A stretch of 64,000 nt of DNA from Tubulanus polymorphus. Lineage: Eukaryota > Animalia > Nemertea. Location of the stretch: assembly GCF_964204645.1 (NCBI RefSeq), contig NC_134026.1:18696150-18760149 (forward strand), written 5' to 3'. The first letter of the stretch is position 1. Each line of letters opens with the position of its first letter. Below the pieces are notes generated by a model. It saw nothing but the letters and a program-made list of their open reading frames with translations, had not been told where the DNA came from and did not search any database. Positions 49,601-60,630 of this stretch are shown piece by piece. The position numbers were made by a program, and so were the translations under genes.

Positions 49601-52600
49601 CTGCACTCACCTGATCATCAATTACTGCACTTATTTCGGGTTCTATCAATGTTATTTTTTCTGCTTGAACAGAATGTGGTGAATCTTGAGCTGAATAACA
49701 CGAATTAAACGTCATCAGTTTCAGAGTAGATATACTAATCAGATCTTTTAGTTCAAAGTATCATCGAAGTAAGGATTAAATGTAGTTTTTACCTTGCCTC
49801 AATATATCTGCTGCTGTTGGTGTACAGGGGATAGTCTCGGGATGCACGACGACACATGGAGACAGTATTGGCTGCCAGAAATCCTAGATATTATTGAAGA
49901 AAAATATTTCTATATATATCGAAATGACCAGGCCGATATTTTGACAAATCTGTCAAAACTCACTCATAATTCTCTTCTGAAAAGAATTACGTGTTTTGAC
50001 AGATTCATAATGACAATTAGATAGCCAAAAGGGACCACTTCAACAAACCATACGTACTACTACAATATCATCCAAATTTGGCAACGGCTGCAAATGGACT
50101 TCCTCATCAAACATGAAAGGATCGTCAAACTGAACTGATACATTGTGAGAGAGAGGATCATTCAGAATGTTACCTTTTTCTTCTCTGTAATCAAAAAATC
50201 ATTTGTATACATTGTACATTTATCATACGTAAATCATTTATCGATATAGATCATAAGTTCATATTCGATGTAAGCAGATGTATGATAATGTAGTAGTTTT
50301 ATCAATTGGAAAACTCCGTTTGATGAATCTTATTATCAAGCCTTCATAGATGAAAGAGCTTTTACACTTACTTTCGTTCAGGTAGATTTATATTCGAGAG
50401 TCGTGTTAGAAAATTAACTCTTTTCGACAAATTCAGGGTATCTTCTAAAAAACAAAAACATCTTTTTATCAAAGATAGTTTAACAAACCGCAGTGGGTTC
50501 ATTTTTAGATACTTACACTTTGCAGGCCCAAGTTATTTGCAGTACAGGGAAATATGGGGTAGATTTTCAGTGACCTTAGATAAAATACAGGGGCCAGTTT
50601 TATAGGCAGAGGCACGCACCCTTTTTTCGGAAATGTGACCTTTGAATTTTCTACCCAAGACTTAAAAATGGTGGAATTGTGAACACATTTCATTATCAAT
50701 TTCAGCTAGGAAAGTGCTCAGAATGCATCTAATTTTTCAAAATTTTCTGGAGGAGCATACCCAGACCCCGCCCCATATTTAAGTAGTGACCCAAGTAAGA
50801 AGTGTGCAACCCGTTTTCTGAAAAGCTAGATCCGCCCCTGATAGACTGGTATTAACTTAAACGTGCGTGCTAACTTAATTCATTTTCAGTCGAGTTAATC
50901 TCGGGGTTAAAGCTAATACCTGTCTATAGAACTGGCCCCAGGACCCAGTTCCACAGTTGTCTGTTATATGCACCCAGATTGAAAATTTTCAAGGACTTAA
51001 CAAGGCAACTTGATACTACGAATCTACGTCCCCCACAATAAGCCAGTTAGGGAATGACGCCTAAGACACTGATCTTTAATATCGAAAAATGATGAGTGTA
51101 TCCAAGGGATAACCATACTATGAAATATCATTGTCCTGCTATCAATGGTTATAAAAGAATTGAGTTTACGGGGTTTTAGGTAAAAGACCTCTACTAACCT
51201 GGACATTTGGCCCTAGAACTCCAAAATCTCTAAGGCACATCCTCTCCCCAGGGGTAATCATACTATGAAATAGCATTGTCCTGTTTTCTATGGTTCTTCT
51301 TGAATCGTGTTTACAAGGTTTCAAATAAATGACCTGAAGTGACCTAGACCTTTGATCCTCAGACCCCGAAATCAATAGGGCACATCCTCTCTCTAGGGGT
51401 TATCATACTACATAATATCAAGGTCCTGCTATCGATGGTAATTCTTGAATCACATTCACAAGGTTTCACATGAATGACATGTAGTGACCTTGACCTTTGA
51501 TCCTTGGACCCCAAAATCAATAGGGGACATCCTCTACCTAGGGGTAATCATACTACGTAATATCATAGCCCTGCGATCAACGGTTCTTCTCGAATCACGT
51601 TCACAAGCTGATGCGGATGGACGGACGCAGATACCAAGTCCCCCGCCCGCAGCCTATGCCGTACGGGGAACAAAAATCAAATTTAACCAAGATTTTTAAC
51701 TCTAACCACAAATCAGTAAAAGTACTCAGCCGATGATCCACTGTGCAAATCGAGACTGCCACTCATTGGGGGAAAATGCTGGAACCATTCATTCACCATG
51801 TTTTGAAATGATAACCAGTGGATAACTGACATTGTGAAAATTAAGATTGCAATGTCACCATGGAATCTATTCAATGATTTATAACTTAAACCAATTATTG
51901 AACACCTGGCCTCGGCCTGCATTAAGACTGTCCGAGTTATAAATGTAATTATTTTCGTGATTTCAATCACAGGGCTAAATCCTCATTTTTTATAATTACT
52001 TTATCTCACAGTTGATCCTAAAAATGGCCAACATTTCCCACTACAAGAACTCAATAGTCAATAAACTGGCGATTTCGAAAGAAAGAAAATAAATAAATCA
52101 AGAACCGCTAATTGTTATTAACTTTGTAAGAATTTTTGGTTCAAGTATGAAATGGATAAACATGTATCAAACCTCAGACCTTACCAAGTTTATTGGAATC
52201 CATCTAGAACTATGACCTGTATGTCGTGCTAACAAGACATCCAAGAAGTTCAGGCCAGGGATGAAAACAGGCCATTATCAAAAAGGCGGAAAATTTTAAA
52301 TATCCTAATAATAACTTAGAAATAACGAATGAAAATAATCACCACTGGTTCACCCTGGCAGCCATACTAGACGGCCGATAACCTCAATAGGGGCTGTCCC
52401 AATCCCTTACCTCACCCACACCTTCTAGACTCTCTACTCACGGAAAAAATATTCTTGTTGTTTCACGTAGATTTTGAGGATTCCGTAGATAAGTTGAGAT
52501 GACAGATAAAGTGATAACCGTGGAAACTTCACACCTATCTCTTCGCATCTCCCCCGCTGAACTACAATATGTCGGATTAAATCGTCGCTGAAATGAGAAA

Positions 52601-55040
52601 AAAAAATAACTGGTACCTTTGGTTTAATTTTTCTTAAATGATTGCACACATTTTGACAATCGTACAAAATATGAATAAATAGGGGCTATTCATCACCAAG
52701 CAAGATCAAGTGAAGCATATTCATCAAAATTCGTATTATGATCTTATTCAATAGTTAACTTACCCATGTATATACCAGTAAAAAATTTTATTTTTTCAAT
52801 AAACACTGAACTTGAATAAATGTTTGGGCTGTGCACAAATTTTCTGCACGTGCACTGACTATTTGCTATGCATGTGACATCATACGGGCTATACAGTGTG
52901 AATACAATGTGCACTGTACACACATTATCAGTGTAAATTTTATTGGTTTTTTCCTACTCGATGCCAACTGAATTCATGATTAAGTATTGGTATTATCATA
53001 CCTTTAATCATTTAAATATAATCAAATCATATAATTTTTTACCTTTAATCGGCACAACAGCGCGGCCGCCGACAAAGTAAACACGACTAATATGAGATTT
53101 TAACAGTACTATCATAGTTTCCATCGCCTCTTGGAGGCTTATATACCGCATGCTGATGAATGTACTATGCACAAAAAGCAGGTCATATAGACAGGGATAA
53201 CAAAAATTTAAAATCCATGAATATCAATATGAATCTAGAAGTTCGCACTAGCTTGAATTCAGCGTGTAACCCCTAAATGTCATCATCAGCGTTATCTACA
53301 TGGGTGTCAAATGCAATGATTTTGAAACACTAATTGAAATATTTTTCTATTCAAATACACTACCACAATTAAAATAACTGTTGACATGTATCGTTGATTT
53401 AAAGCCATGAACACAGGAGTCGGAACAGGGAAAAATCAATGTGCAATGGGAAGAAAATAGTCCTCCGACTTTCGGTAAGGGATTTCAACTGATTTTCTTT
53501 TTTGGGATCGAGAAAAGTGCTAAGAGATAAAAACTTTGAAATATAAATTTCTTGGAAAAAGGGAAAATCAGGACCATCAACAAACATCGGATAAGCGATT
53601 ATCCGACTTTCACCGATCCGCCTTACGCTATATATTTCACAAAATCTGCTATACCTGTTGCAGAACGTTCCTATTACGCAAATGAGTTGCTTTCGAATAC
53701 CACTTTGTCATCAAAATAACCACTGGCACACACAAAATTAATTCAGAAGTTCGAATACATTCAAATGAATTTTTTCTCGATTAGATTGCCCTTCCTTAAC
53801 CCTTTCAGTGCTGACTTACTAATACCCTATAGTGCTGAAGATGATTTGAAAATTCTGAAAAATTCCACCCTAGTGTGTTGAATAACGGGAATAGCACTAT
53901 AGTGCGTCTACACCCTGGCGCGGTATATCGTTAGTTACTAATATTTCACTATGTTTGACAGGTGCTGCCATCTTTCAAGAGAGATAATTAGTAATTACTA
54001 ATTAAATCAATACACCGCAGTGCAGTGCACTAGCAAAATCCATCACTGATTCGTTCACCGCACTGCGGTGTAGATGCACTGAAAGGGTTAAACTATGACA
54101 AAACTAATTGTTTCTATGGTTTTAGCCATCAACAATAGTATAACCAAGGACTCATGTACTAAACATGTACATTAGAATGATCAGTTTACTTACCACGATC
54201 GATTAATATCAACTTTAAGATAATCCCTCCTACTCAGACTTCTGCCATGAGTCGCAGCAAGCCTGCAAAATGAAACGTTTCCTAATTTTCAGTTTAACAA
54301 TGAATGAATGTATTAAATCATAGCGTAATGACAATGTGATTAGTAAGCTTGTTCATGTTGCACTATCAATGCCAGCCATGAGCCTCCTCAAGTAAGGCAT
54401 GACAATCAAGCCCATTTCATTTAATCTGATTGGGTACACTGGATTTTATGGTCGAAATTTTCCATATCCAATTCATTTGTTAGCATTTTAAGTCATATCT
54501 GACATTTTCTGAATTTCTTTAAGACTGATGGTTAGATTTGATTAACATTTCCAGCTGACCGCTACTGTTACTAGCCAAACAGGATCCACTTCCATGTTCT
54601 CTCAGTGAAATTTGACTTTATAGTCAAAATAAGTGCATTTTCTATGTTTGGACTGGGGAGTCTAACTGGATCAAAGAGATTGTCGCACAATTTCCTGGCA
54701 CGGAAAACAAGTAACACACTTAAAAATTCCTTTCATATGATTCATTGACTTTTAAGTGTATGGCTCGTTTTTTTAATGCCGCCAATTGCCTTAATTCTTC
54801 ACTTTGCTTTGTTTGAGTATTGTTTAGTATCACATGAATGGTTTGCGTGTAAACGCGCTCTCTAATTAATAGGCACGGCCCAAATTTGACTCGGGCCCGA
54901 TCTGTAGCAATTTGGACCAGGCCAAATCCTATCTCCACGTAATAGTGGCTATTGTATAATCTGTTTATACTGATAACTGCTTACCAAATAATGCCGAATT
55001 TTCCACTTCTCCGCTGCAGTATTTCTGTACTGTAGAACAT
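28526..55040 (-). CDS. REC8: Meiotic cohesin kleisin REC8-like (Rad21/Rec8 family), ~601 aa, 16 coding exons
   Basis: Exons 55040-54985, 54262-54194, 52587-52442, 50444-50372, 50184-50058, 49883-49793, 49690-49611, 48416-48268, 46526-46403, 37471-37322, 36740-36674, 36313-36227, 35949-35888, 34832-34735, 32719-32406, 28638-28526. All GT-AG and in frame (1806 nt). N-terminus MFYSTEILQRRSGKFGIIWLAAT...RLSLYLSSQLIYGILKIY and winged-helix C-terminus VALWFQFLLE...LKVEQSHPFSYIRISPG are REC8-like rather than RAD21-like. Confidence 0.88.
28989..29180. mobile_element. pogo/Tigger-type MITE (TA TSD); relatives at ~32760-32868 and ~49330-49502
   Basis: ta-(t)agtgaaacccccgatacaccgcc ... ggcggtatatcgggggttgactg-ta. 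Confidence 0.7.
30144..31082. mobile_element. Second copy of the piggyBac-type MITE, interrupted by a nested TIR element
   Basis: Colinear with 53800-54087 once 30245-30892 and one ACTATA are removed. Confidence 0.85.
30245..30892. mobile_element. Non-autonomous TIR element with 6-bp TSD (ACTATA)
   Basis: CAGACCTGCCAAC...GTTGGCAGGTGTG; the empty site is visible in the 53.9-kb copy; internal 42-bp tandem duplication at ~30534-30616. Confidence 0.8.
32406..32719 (-). CDS. REC8: rec8 coding exon 15 (SFERPGD...YFADLCKPSEMERVTVALWFQFLL)
   Basis: gttag| ... |gtaagt; core of ORF 32134..32937; start of the C-terminal winged helix. Confidence 0.88.
34078..34692. mobile_element. Zator-like MITE (GG termini, TTA TSD)
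   Basis: tta-GGCAACACCAAAAGAAAATCCTGTTTCTC ... GAGAAACAGGGTTTTCTTTTGGTGTGGCC-tta. Confidence 0.7.
34735..34832 (-). CDS. REC8: rec8 coding exon 14 (SQLRHQSATETP...SHTHH)
   Basis: tcttctag| ... |gtacat, phase 0->2; acceptor is tandemly duplicated. Confidence 0.7.
34998..35321 (+). mobile_element. tRNA-derived SINE (Nin/Deu-like central domain, (ATT)n tail)
   Basis: Pol III A box tggctgaatggttagagcg, degenerate B box ggttcccacc, conserved-domain-like gtgtcctcgggcatgacac...ctctccacccacgagtaaaatgggtacc, 3' gcgctatataag plus (att)n. Confidence 0.8.
35570..35852. mobile_element. TIR MITE; partial related copy at ~12301-12510
   Basis: cctccctcggcagggattcgaacctgatggcat / atgccatcaggtacaaatccctgccgggggagg. 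Confidence 0.7.
35888..35949 (-). CDS. REC8: rec8 coding exon 13 (DESGGSAGSSGIDETASTISM)
   Basis: tttgattag| ... |gtaagc, phase 1->0. Confidence 0.7.
36227..36313 (-). CDS. REC8: rec8 coding exon 12 (GRHKFFNAGLASMITRNY...)
   Basis: tttcag| ... |gtaaat, phase 1->1. Confidence 0.75.
36674..36740 (-). CDS. REC8: rec8 coding exon 11 (LKRVSDELIHGQDVDTLLLNLP)
   Basis: ttgcag| ... |gtattc, phase 0->1; aligns by eye with the kleisin STAG-binding region. Confidence 0.7.
37322..37471 (-). CDS. REC8: rec8 coding exon 10 (RLILADIEPP...FPIIDAFINVP...IHCQT)
   Basis: tttcttgcag| ... |gtatga, 50 codons. Confidence 0.8.
38344..38560 (+). repeat. 5' LTR
   Basis: tgtcgggaattg...atagcccaca, repeated at 44186; contains AATAAA. 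Confidence 0.96.
38564..38581 (+). other. Primer binding site, complementary to the tRNA-His 3' end
   Basis: TGGTGCCGTGACCAGGAT begins 3 nt after the 5' LTR; eukaryotic tRNA-His(GUG) ends ...GUCACGGCACCA. Confidence 0.85.
38614..43927 (+). pseudogene. BEL/Pao gag-pol polyprotein broken into 9 ORF pieces
   Basis: LPKLSLPTFDG (gag), three Cys/His knuckles, LFDEGAQRSF (protease), ADIEKAFLQ / FGVVSSPF / YVDN (RT), FCDAS / TIPQLEL / WSDSQ (RNase H), HHCC + GLDFTG / SDN / GGFYERLVG (integrase). Eight breaks (frameshifts and in-frame stops). Confidence 0.93.
44186..44402 (+). repeat. 3' LTR
   Basis: Direct repeat of 38344-38560, preceded by the purine-rich tract gggagaa. Confidence 0.96.
45704..46044. 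mobile_element. TIR MITE nested in a short palindromic MITE (~45612-46084)
   Basis: gcctagcgcacatcgacactgcgattggagacaa / ttgtctccaattgcagtgtcgacgtgcgctaggc; the flanks rejoin into a ttaagaccagtc-type palindromic element. Confidence 0.75.
46403..46526 (-). CDS. REC8: rec8 coding exon 9 (EPTELP...PKKHKKSRK)
   Basis: ttacag| ... |gtgcga; ORF 46319..46552; basic NLS-like end. Confidence 0.8.
47049..47618. mobile_element. TIR MITE (GGGGCTGTTCAAAAATTA); a related GGGGCTGTCC element lies at ~29563-29984
   Basis: ggggctgttcaaaaattatgtaac ... gttacgtaatttttgaacagcccc. Confidence 0.75.
48268..48416 (-). CDS. REC8: rec8 coding exon 8 (NRQVFEQDLP...QTDVV)
   Basis: tttctag| ... |gtaagc, phase 0->2. Confidence 0.8.
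49611..49690 (-). CDS. REC8: rec8 coding exon 7 (AQDSPHSVQAEKITLIEPE..)
   Basis: ttcag| ... |gtgagt; resembles the REC8 'ITxxE' block. Confidence 0.82.
49793..49883 (-). CDS. REC8: rec8 coding exon 6 (DFWQPILSP...AADILRQ)
   Basis: tctag| ... |gtaaaa, phase 0->1. Confidence 0.75.
50058..50184 (-). CDS. REC8: rec8 coding exon 5 (EEKGNILNDP...FDDPFMF...DDIVV)
   Basis: ttacag| ... |gtacgt, phase 2->0. Confidence 0.75.
50372..50444 (-). CDS. REC8: rec8 coding exon 4 (QDTLNLSKRVNFLTRLSNINLPER)
   Basis: tttttag| ... |gtaagt, phase 1->2. Confidence 0.8.
52442..52587 (-). CDS. REC8: rec8 coding exon 3 (CDDLIRHI...RLSLYLSSQLIYGILKIYVKQQEYFF)
   Basis: tttcag| ... |gtgagt; ORF 52434..52667. Confidence 0.92.
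53800..54087. mobile_element. piggyBac-type MITE (TTAA TSD, CCCTTTCAGTG TIR)
   Basis: ttaa-ccctttcagtgc ... gcactgaaaggg-ttaa; a second copy lies at 30144-31082. Confidence 0.85.
54194..54262 (-). CDS. REC8: rec8 coding exon 2 (WLAATHGRSLSRRDYLKVDINRS)
   Basis: ttttgcag| ... |gtaagt. Confidence 0.9.
54985..55040 (-). CDS. REC8: rec8 coding exon 1 (MFYSTEILQRRSGKFGII)
   Basis: ATG at 55040, donor |gtaagc. The acceptor tttttcag| at 55064 implies an upstream non-coding exon. Confidence 0.9.
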
Positions 55041-56994
55041 CGTTACAAGCACGGCCAGAAATGCTGAAAAACAAACAAGAAAGACTGCTGTATGTGTTTC
55101 AAAGAGAAGCTTATATCGAAACATAGTTCCCGACCCAGCTTCTGAAGTTTACACAGTGGCATAGCAACCACCGAAGTCTCGAAGTATTGTTTTAAGAATA
55201 CATTACTAAATTATCTTTTAGTGATGTTTTTCATAGGATCAACAATGTTAGATCATTTTTCCATGATGAAATTTTGATCAGTAGGTCTAATAGTGTTTAT
55301 TACAACTTATTTACATGGACGACAGACCGGGTGCCATAATGCCTGGAGCAGATGGGTGACTAAAGCAATTTTTGAGCGACTGTCAGAACTGCTTGTACTG
55401 GAGACAGACATTGCCTGTTACCTATCTCCTGCAATACAACTACCATAATTCACAAATTGATGATAATCTGATGATTACCGGACAACATTCATACGGTTAA
55501 TAACATTATACAGATTAATCTGGCTATAAATTTGATACTTAAAATGAGTGGGAAATACAAGATCTTTTCAGATGCTACTGATTCGAAAAAATATGGGGAA
55601 AAAAAGGGAAAATAGGAGTGCCTGAGATTTTGAGGAAGTTTATTCTACACGTTATGCATTTCTAGGTAAAGACATGTTTCATCTTATCAAGAATCATCAG
55701 TATGGCTACCCATGAAACATCAGGACTGATATGCCTCACAGTCATCCATAAACATGTCGTTACTGGTGGTGCAAGTAGAGGTTAGGCCCTCCACGAATTA
55801 ATGTTGTTACGTTCCCGACATGCCAGGTTTCGTCCTTTTCGAACAACCTGTGATTGAAAATTCTAGCTAAGTATTTGAACATAACAATCATTAATTGGTA
55901 TCATTTCCTATTACAATCACAGATAAATCAAATTAGAGCCAACAACAATGAATAATAATATTGTGTAATCGAAAACAATAAAATATAGCTGCAAAAGTGA
56001 GAACGGGTTTTCTGCATCAATGATTCTATTCCTTGGAACCAAATATTCAATCTTTATTGAACTGAATTGCCAATATCATAGTCCAAAGCCTCTTCCTATA
56101 ATCGTTGAATGATGAAAAGAACACACCATGATTCAATTTATGATTTTCAATGCTTAGGTTGTACTTGTTTCGGGCAATAAAATGTTACATTATTATATCA
56201 AATGACTTTGTTAAACCTAAGTTAAACTCAAGAGGGAAATTGTCCATAGGAAAAAAAATTAATCTCAAGTTAGCGTTGAACCTGTGATCTTTAGCCTTTT
56301 CGACATATTGCCTTAACCAGCCGCCATCGAGTCAAGCCAGCGAAAGCGATGATGGGCTATATATTGCATGTACGAGTATTGGATTGAAAGCAGGATAGGT
56401 TCATACATTTAAGCCGGTTTGGGGTACGTCATACATTTCAAAAAATTCTAATCCATGCTTTCAGATTGCTACAATTTTCACAACGTTGATTAGTGAGTAT
56501 TACTGATAAGAAAAAAAGGTGGAAAATAATGAACATTCTGCAAAGCAGCGATAATAGTTTTTCTGCCAAACGACATCCGTGATATACAAACTAAGGGGAA
56601 TTATGAGAATGAACAAAAATTGTTTATGGTCAGAGATTTTGAACCAGATATGATTGACACTTCGAAATATGGTCGGTATTTTGAACCATTCAAAAGCCAT
56701 CAAGTGTCGATAAAAAATAGCACTCCCTAGAATTTTTAACTATCAATCCTGCCACAATAATTCTATGAAACCATAATCCAACTAGACTAGGTTCTAGAAA
56801 ACTATTGCCTTTCGATTCCTCCTCCTACATTTCCTAAGCAAAATATACTTGCCTCTCGAGCTATCAAACAACCAAGCCTATTTAGAGAGATCATTCTTAT
56901 TGAAACGTATAATACCACTTTCAAGGCACCTAATGTTCAGTAGTTAGATGTGTACAATGCACGTACCGCTTTAATCTAACATTTCAAACAAGAT

Positions 56995-57960
56995 ATGCCA
57001 ATGCAGCCGAATATAACCAGAATACGACCCTATTGGGTGAATTTCATCGAGTATTTTTCCCGCAAGCCGTCAAGCGAATTGAATCGGTTTCTGTTTCTAT
57101 ACTTCTATCCGATCGTTTTCATTTGCGGACTGACGGGCAACTCGCTATCGGCGGTCTTGATGTTCGACCGTCGATTTCGCCGTCATTCGTACAGCGCGTA
57201 TATCGCCGTTTTGGCCGCAAGCGACTCCGTCAGTCTGATCGGCACGTTCATGGCTTCAACGAACCTGATCGTGTACTCTCTAACTGGCGACGTCATCATA
57301 CGATTTACGGACGTCCACACGTGCCGTTTACCCGAACACGTATTCTACGCGTCCAGTCTGATAAGTTCTTGGATTATCGTTTCGATAACGCTAGAAAGAT
57401 GCTTCGCCGTCGTCAGTCCCTTTACCGCCCGAATATTCTGCACGCGAAAAGTAGCGCGGATCGTTACCGTCGCGGTCGTATCGTTTTCGTTCGCGTTCAC
57501 GTCTTACGCCGCCGCGATAACCTCGTACGACGGCGAATTCGGTTGCTTCATATCGTCGTTACGCGGAATGAAGGCGCACTACGCGATCGCCCCGTCCAGT
57601 TTCATCTATTCGCCGATCTGTATTATCACTCTATTGAACGTCGTTATAATCAGGTCGTTATCGACGTCGTCGCTGTCATTAATACGAAGTAACAAAACGA
57701 AACTTCACTCGAACAACACCCAGAAAATAACCGTCACCGTTCTCGCCGTGTCGATTACGTTTTTAATCTTGCTCACTCCGATGGCCAGTATTTGTATTCT
57801 CGTGGCGGTAATACCGAATTTACCGGTGGCGAACTGGTTGGACACGGCTCAATTCGTCTTCAGCATAAATTACGCCGTTAATTTTTACATATATTGTTTG
57901 ACGGGAACCGAATTCCGGAAAACGCTGAAACAGTGTTTTCAATGTAGAAAAATAGAGTAA
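56995..57960 (+). CDS. Single-exon rhodopsin-like (class A) GPCR, peptide-receptor-like orphan, 321 aa
   Basis: Seven hydrophobic segments with GLTGN (TM1), LAASD (TM2), TLERCFAVVSP (ERC at the DRY position), P in TM5, FLILLTP (TM6) and NYAVNFYIYCLTGTEFR (TM7/H8). Confidence 0.92.
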   Translation: MPMQPNITRIRPYWVNFIEYFSRKPSSELNRFLFLYFYPIVFICGLTGNSLSAVLMFDRRFRRHSYSAYIAVLAASDSVSLIGTFMASTNLIVYSLTGDVIIRFTDVHTCRLPEHVFYASSLISSWIIVSITLERCFAVVSPFTARIFCTRKVARIVTVAVVSFSFAFTSYAAAITSYDGEFGCFISSLRGMKAHYAIAPSSFIYSPICIITLLNVVIIRSLSTSSLSLIRSNKTKLHSNNTQKITVTVLAVSITFLILLTPMASICILVAVIPNLPVANWLDTAQFVFSINYAVNFYIYCLTGTEFRKTLKQCFQCRKIE

Positions 57961-59530
57961 AGCGGATCTTTTGGGGAAAAATCCTCTGTCTGATTTAGAA
58001 AAAAAAGTCCGCGACATGGAATAAATCGGATTTCCAGCCTTTTCCCGAAAACTGTGACTTGAAAAATAATTTCTGTAGACGGAAAAATTGAATCAACATC
58101 TACAAGAAATGATTTAAAAACATTAAAATATTTCGGGTTTATTTCTCTATTTTTAAAATAGCGACTGTTGACATGTATCGTTGATTTCAAGCCACAAATA
58201 GGGGTCAGAACAGGGAACAAATCAAACTGCAATAGGAAGAAAATAGCCCTTTCAGTGAGTGATTTTAACTGATTTTCTATTTTGGGATCAAGTGCTAAGA
58301 GATAGGTGAGTGTGCAACTTATCAAATCTGACTTTGGAATACAATTTCTTTGAAAAAAGTAGGAAAAGTCAAGATATTCATCCGATATAAGTGTCGATCC
58401 AACTTTCGTCGATCTGACTAAACGCAGCTTTTACACTATCTTATTGCATCATCGACCATTAAACATACACATATAATAGCTGTTAAAAGCATTTACTAAA
58501 TCCATTAACAAACCGGAATACAGCCTACAACTAAAATACATTTTAAAGTATCAACAAAACCTATTACTAATGGAAGCGTTTTAAGTTTTTCTATGTAAGA
58601 TAGATTTAAAGCGTCCATCTAATATTTAATGATGACAATGTGTGGTATAAAATAGTCACCACTACAAATTCATCAAAGAAAAGTCAGTTTAATGGAAATA
58701 GTTCCCTCTTCACAATTATTAAGCACTTTTTATGATTTTCAAAAGAAAATAAATCGTAACTCATCATTTGTAATGAAGACATTGCAAAATTTCTATAAAT
58801 AGTAATGGCATGTAATAATTGATACTTAAAGGAAACTGGTGAAGAAACAAGGCGATTCATCAAGTATGTATAGAGTAGTTTCTACAAAAGGCCACTTCAA
58901 AGTAAGATGTCCGCCAGTCTGCTGGATGATATAATGACCAAGATTCATCTTTTGAATATGTCATCTAATATTCCAATGTGAATTATCAATGCTCTGCATG
59001 AACTACACAATCAATTCACTTTACAGGGGTGAATTATGGAACAGGCGTCCAGGAAGACCAGTTTATACGGTACTGGTACGACATCCGGGATCTGAAATGG
59101 TCAATTCCATACCTGCTAATTACCCTCATAAGAATACAAATTCACTCATACTTGAAAAAATAATTGAAATATTCCATGTGGAAGCAGAGAAAACATGGAT
59201 TACAGAACCCAGGATGTTCAATGAAGCCAATCATACAAATATTCCGGATTTAAGAATTCCGGAATTAATACCAAGATTCATCTTTTTATAATGTCATCTT
59301 ATATTCCAATGTGAATTATCAATGCTCTACGAAAACTACATAATCAATACACTTTACAGGTGGCAATAATGAAACAGGCGTCCAGGACGACCAGTTGTCG
59401 ATACTGGTACGACATCAGGGATCTGAAATGGTAAATTCCATACCTGCTAATTACCCTCTTAAAAATATAACATCACTTATACTAGAAAAAAGATAATACA
59501 AATATTTCATGCAACAGAAAACATGGATTA

Positions 59531-60630
59531 CAAGGCTGTAAATAAGCGGCCGGTCACGGACATTGGCCGGCTCAAAACGCTACGATGTCCGTTGCAAAAT
59601 CGCTCCTGCCTGTCACGCTGACCGGCACGAAAATTTTCATGGTTCTAATAGTTTTAGCTTTTTTGAACCGATATGAAAATAAATAGCGCCGTTTCCTATC
59701 ACCGATCAATTAATTCCGATGTTTATTGCGATAAATCGCGCCAGTTGTCTTTTGATCAATTCCGTTGCTTATTGCGGTGAAATCGCGCTACCGTATTTTT
59801 CCGGCCAATAAGCCGACTCGGCCAATAAGCCGAGGGCAGTTTTTTAGCCTAAAATACATGGATTTCATAAAACTTCGCCCAATAAGCCGAGGCCCTTCAT
59901 CAGAGATTTTAATTCACTGATTTGTCAATTAGTTCGTCTTAATTGACGATTTAAGAGGCTGACAGTAGCGCCCCCCCCCCCCCCCCCCCCGATGTGTGAG
60001 AGTGCTGTGTATACTATCCATCGCCGAGTGACTGTGCTATATATAGACTCGCTCAGCTGATTACTATACACACAGCCATACACGCAGTACGCGGCTCACT
60101 GCTGATTTGCATATATACTAATGTATGAACTGACACGTGGTAGTACGATGAACTCGCGCGTAATATAAATGTATACCATTGCCGCTGTGCGGTGATGGAA
60201 CAATCAAAGTAAAAATAAAATAGTTCAAAATAGATTATAATTGGTAGTAAATAATGACCTCAAATAAATATCGACCACTTTTCTTGATTTTGACGATCAT
60301 TGAGAGCATTAGAGTGGCATAGATCAGGAAGTGATTTTTTATCTCAGATCATATCCGCCCAATAAGCCGATCACGATATTTTGGGTAAAAATCTGAGGCT
60401 AGAAAAAAAAAGGTTGTGTGCAATTCTTCATGTTTTTAATGTTAGTAATTAGGAAATTCTCTATAAAACAGTAGTACTTTGCTAAATGGCAGGCACCAAA
60501 ATCATTTGTGTCAGGCACCATTCAGTTGGTGCCTGCCATGTAAATGGCAGGCACCAACTCATTAATGTCAGGCAGCATTATAGTTGGTGACATGTGGCAG
60601 GCACTGGCAAAAAAATTATTTACAGGCTTG
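59531..60630. mobile_element. Non-autonomous TIR element with 6-bp TSD (GGATTA), inserted in the tandem array; carries a nested truncated TA-CCGTATTT pogo/mariner-like fragment (~59790-60410)
   Basis: CAAGGCTGTAAATAA...TTATTTACAGGCTTG; the empty site catggattacagaac is seen in other array units; internal GCCAATAAGCCGA x4. Confidence 0.8.

Noticed and set aside
51713-51970. Possible rec8 exon (..NMVNEWFQHFPPMSGSLDL..)
   Set aside because: Weak splice sites; exon 50444-50372 already joins exons 3 and 5 in phase with strong signals.
55156-55168. RFX X-box-like GTGGCATAGCAAC upstream of rec8 coding exon 1
   Set aside because: Only one good half-site, and the transcription start is unknown; not distinguishable from chance.
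57033-57692. 219-aa alternative-frame ORF overlapping the GPCR
   Set aside because: Arg-rich by-product of the CpG-rich codon usage of the real ORF; no recognisable motifs.
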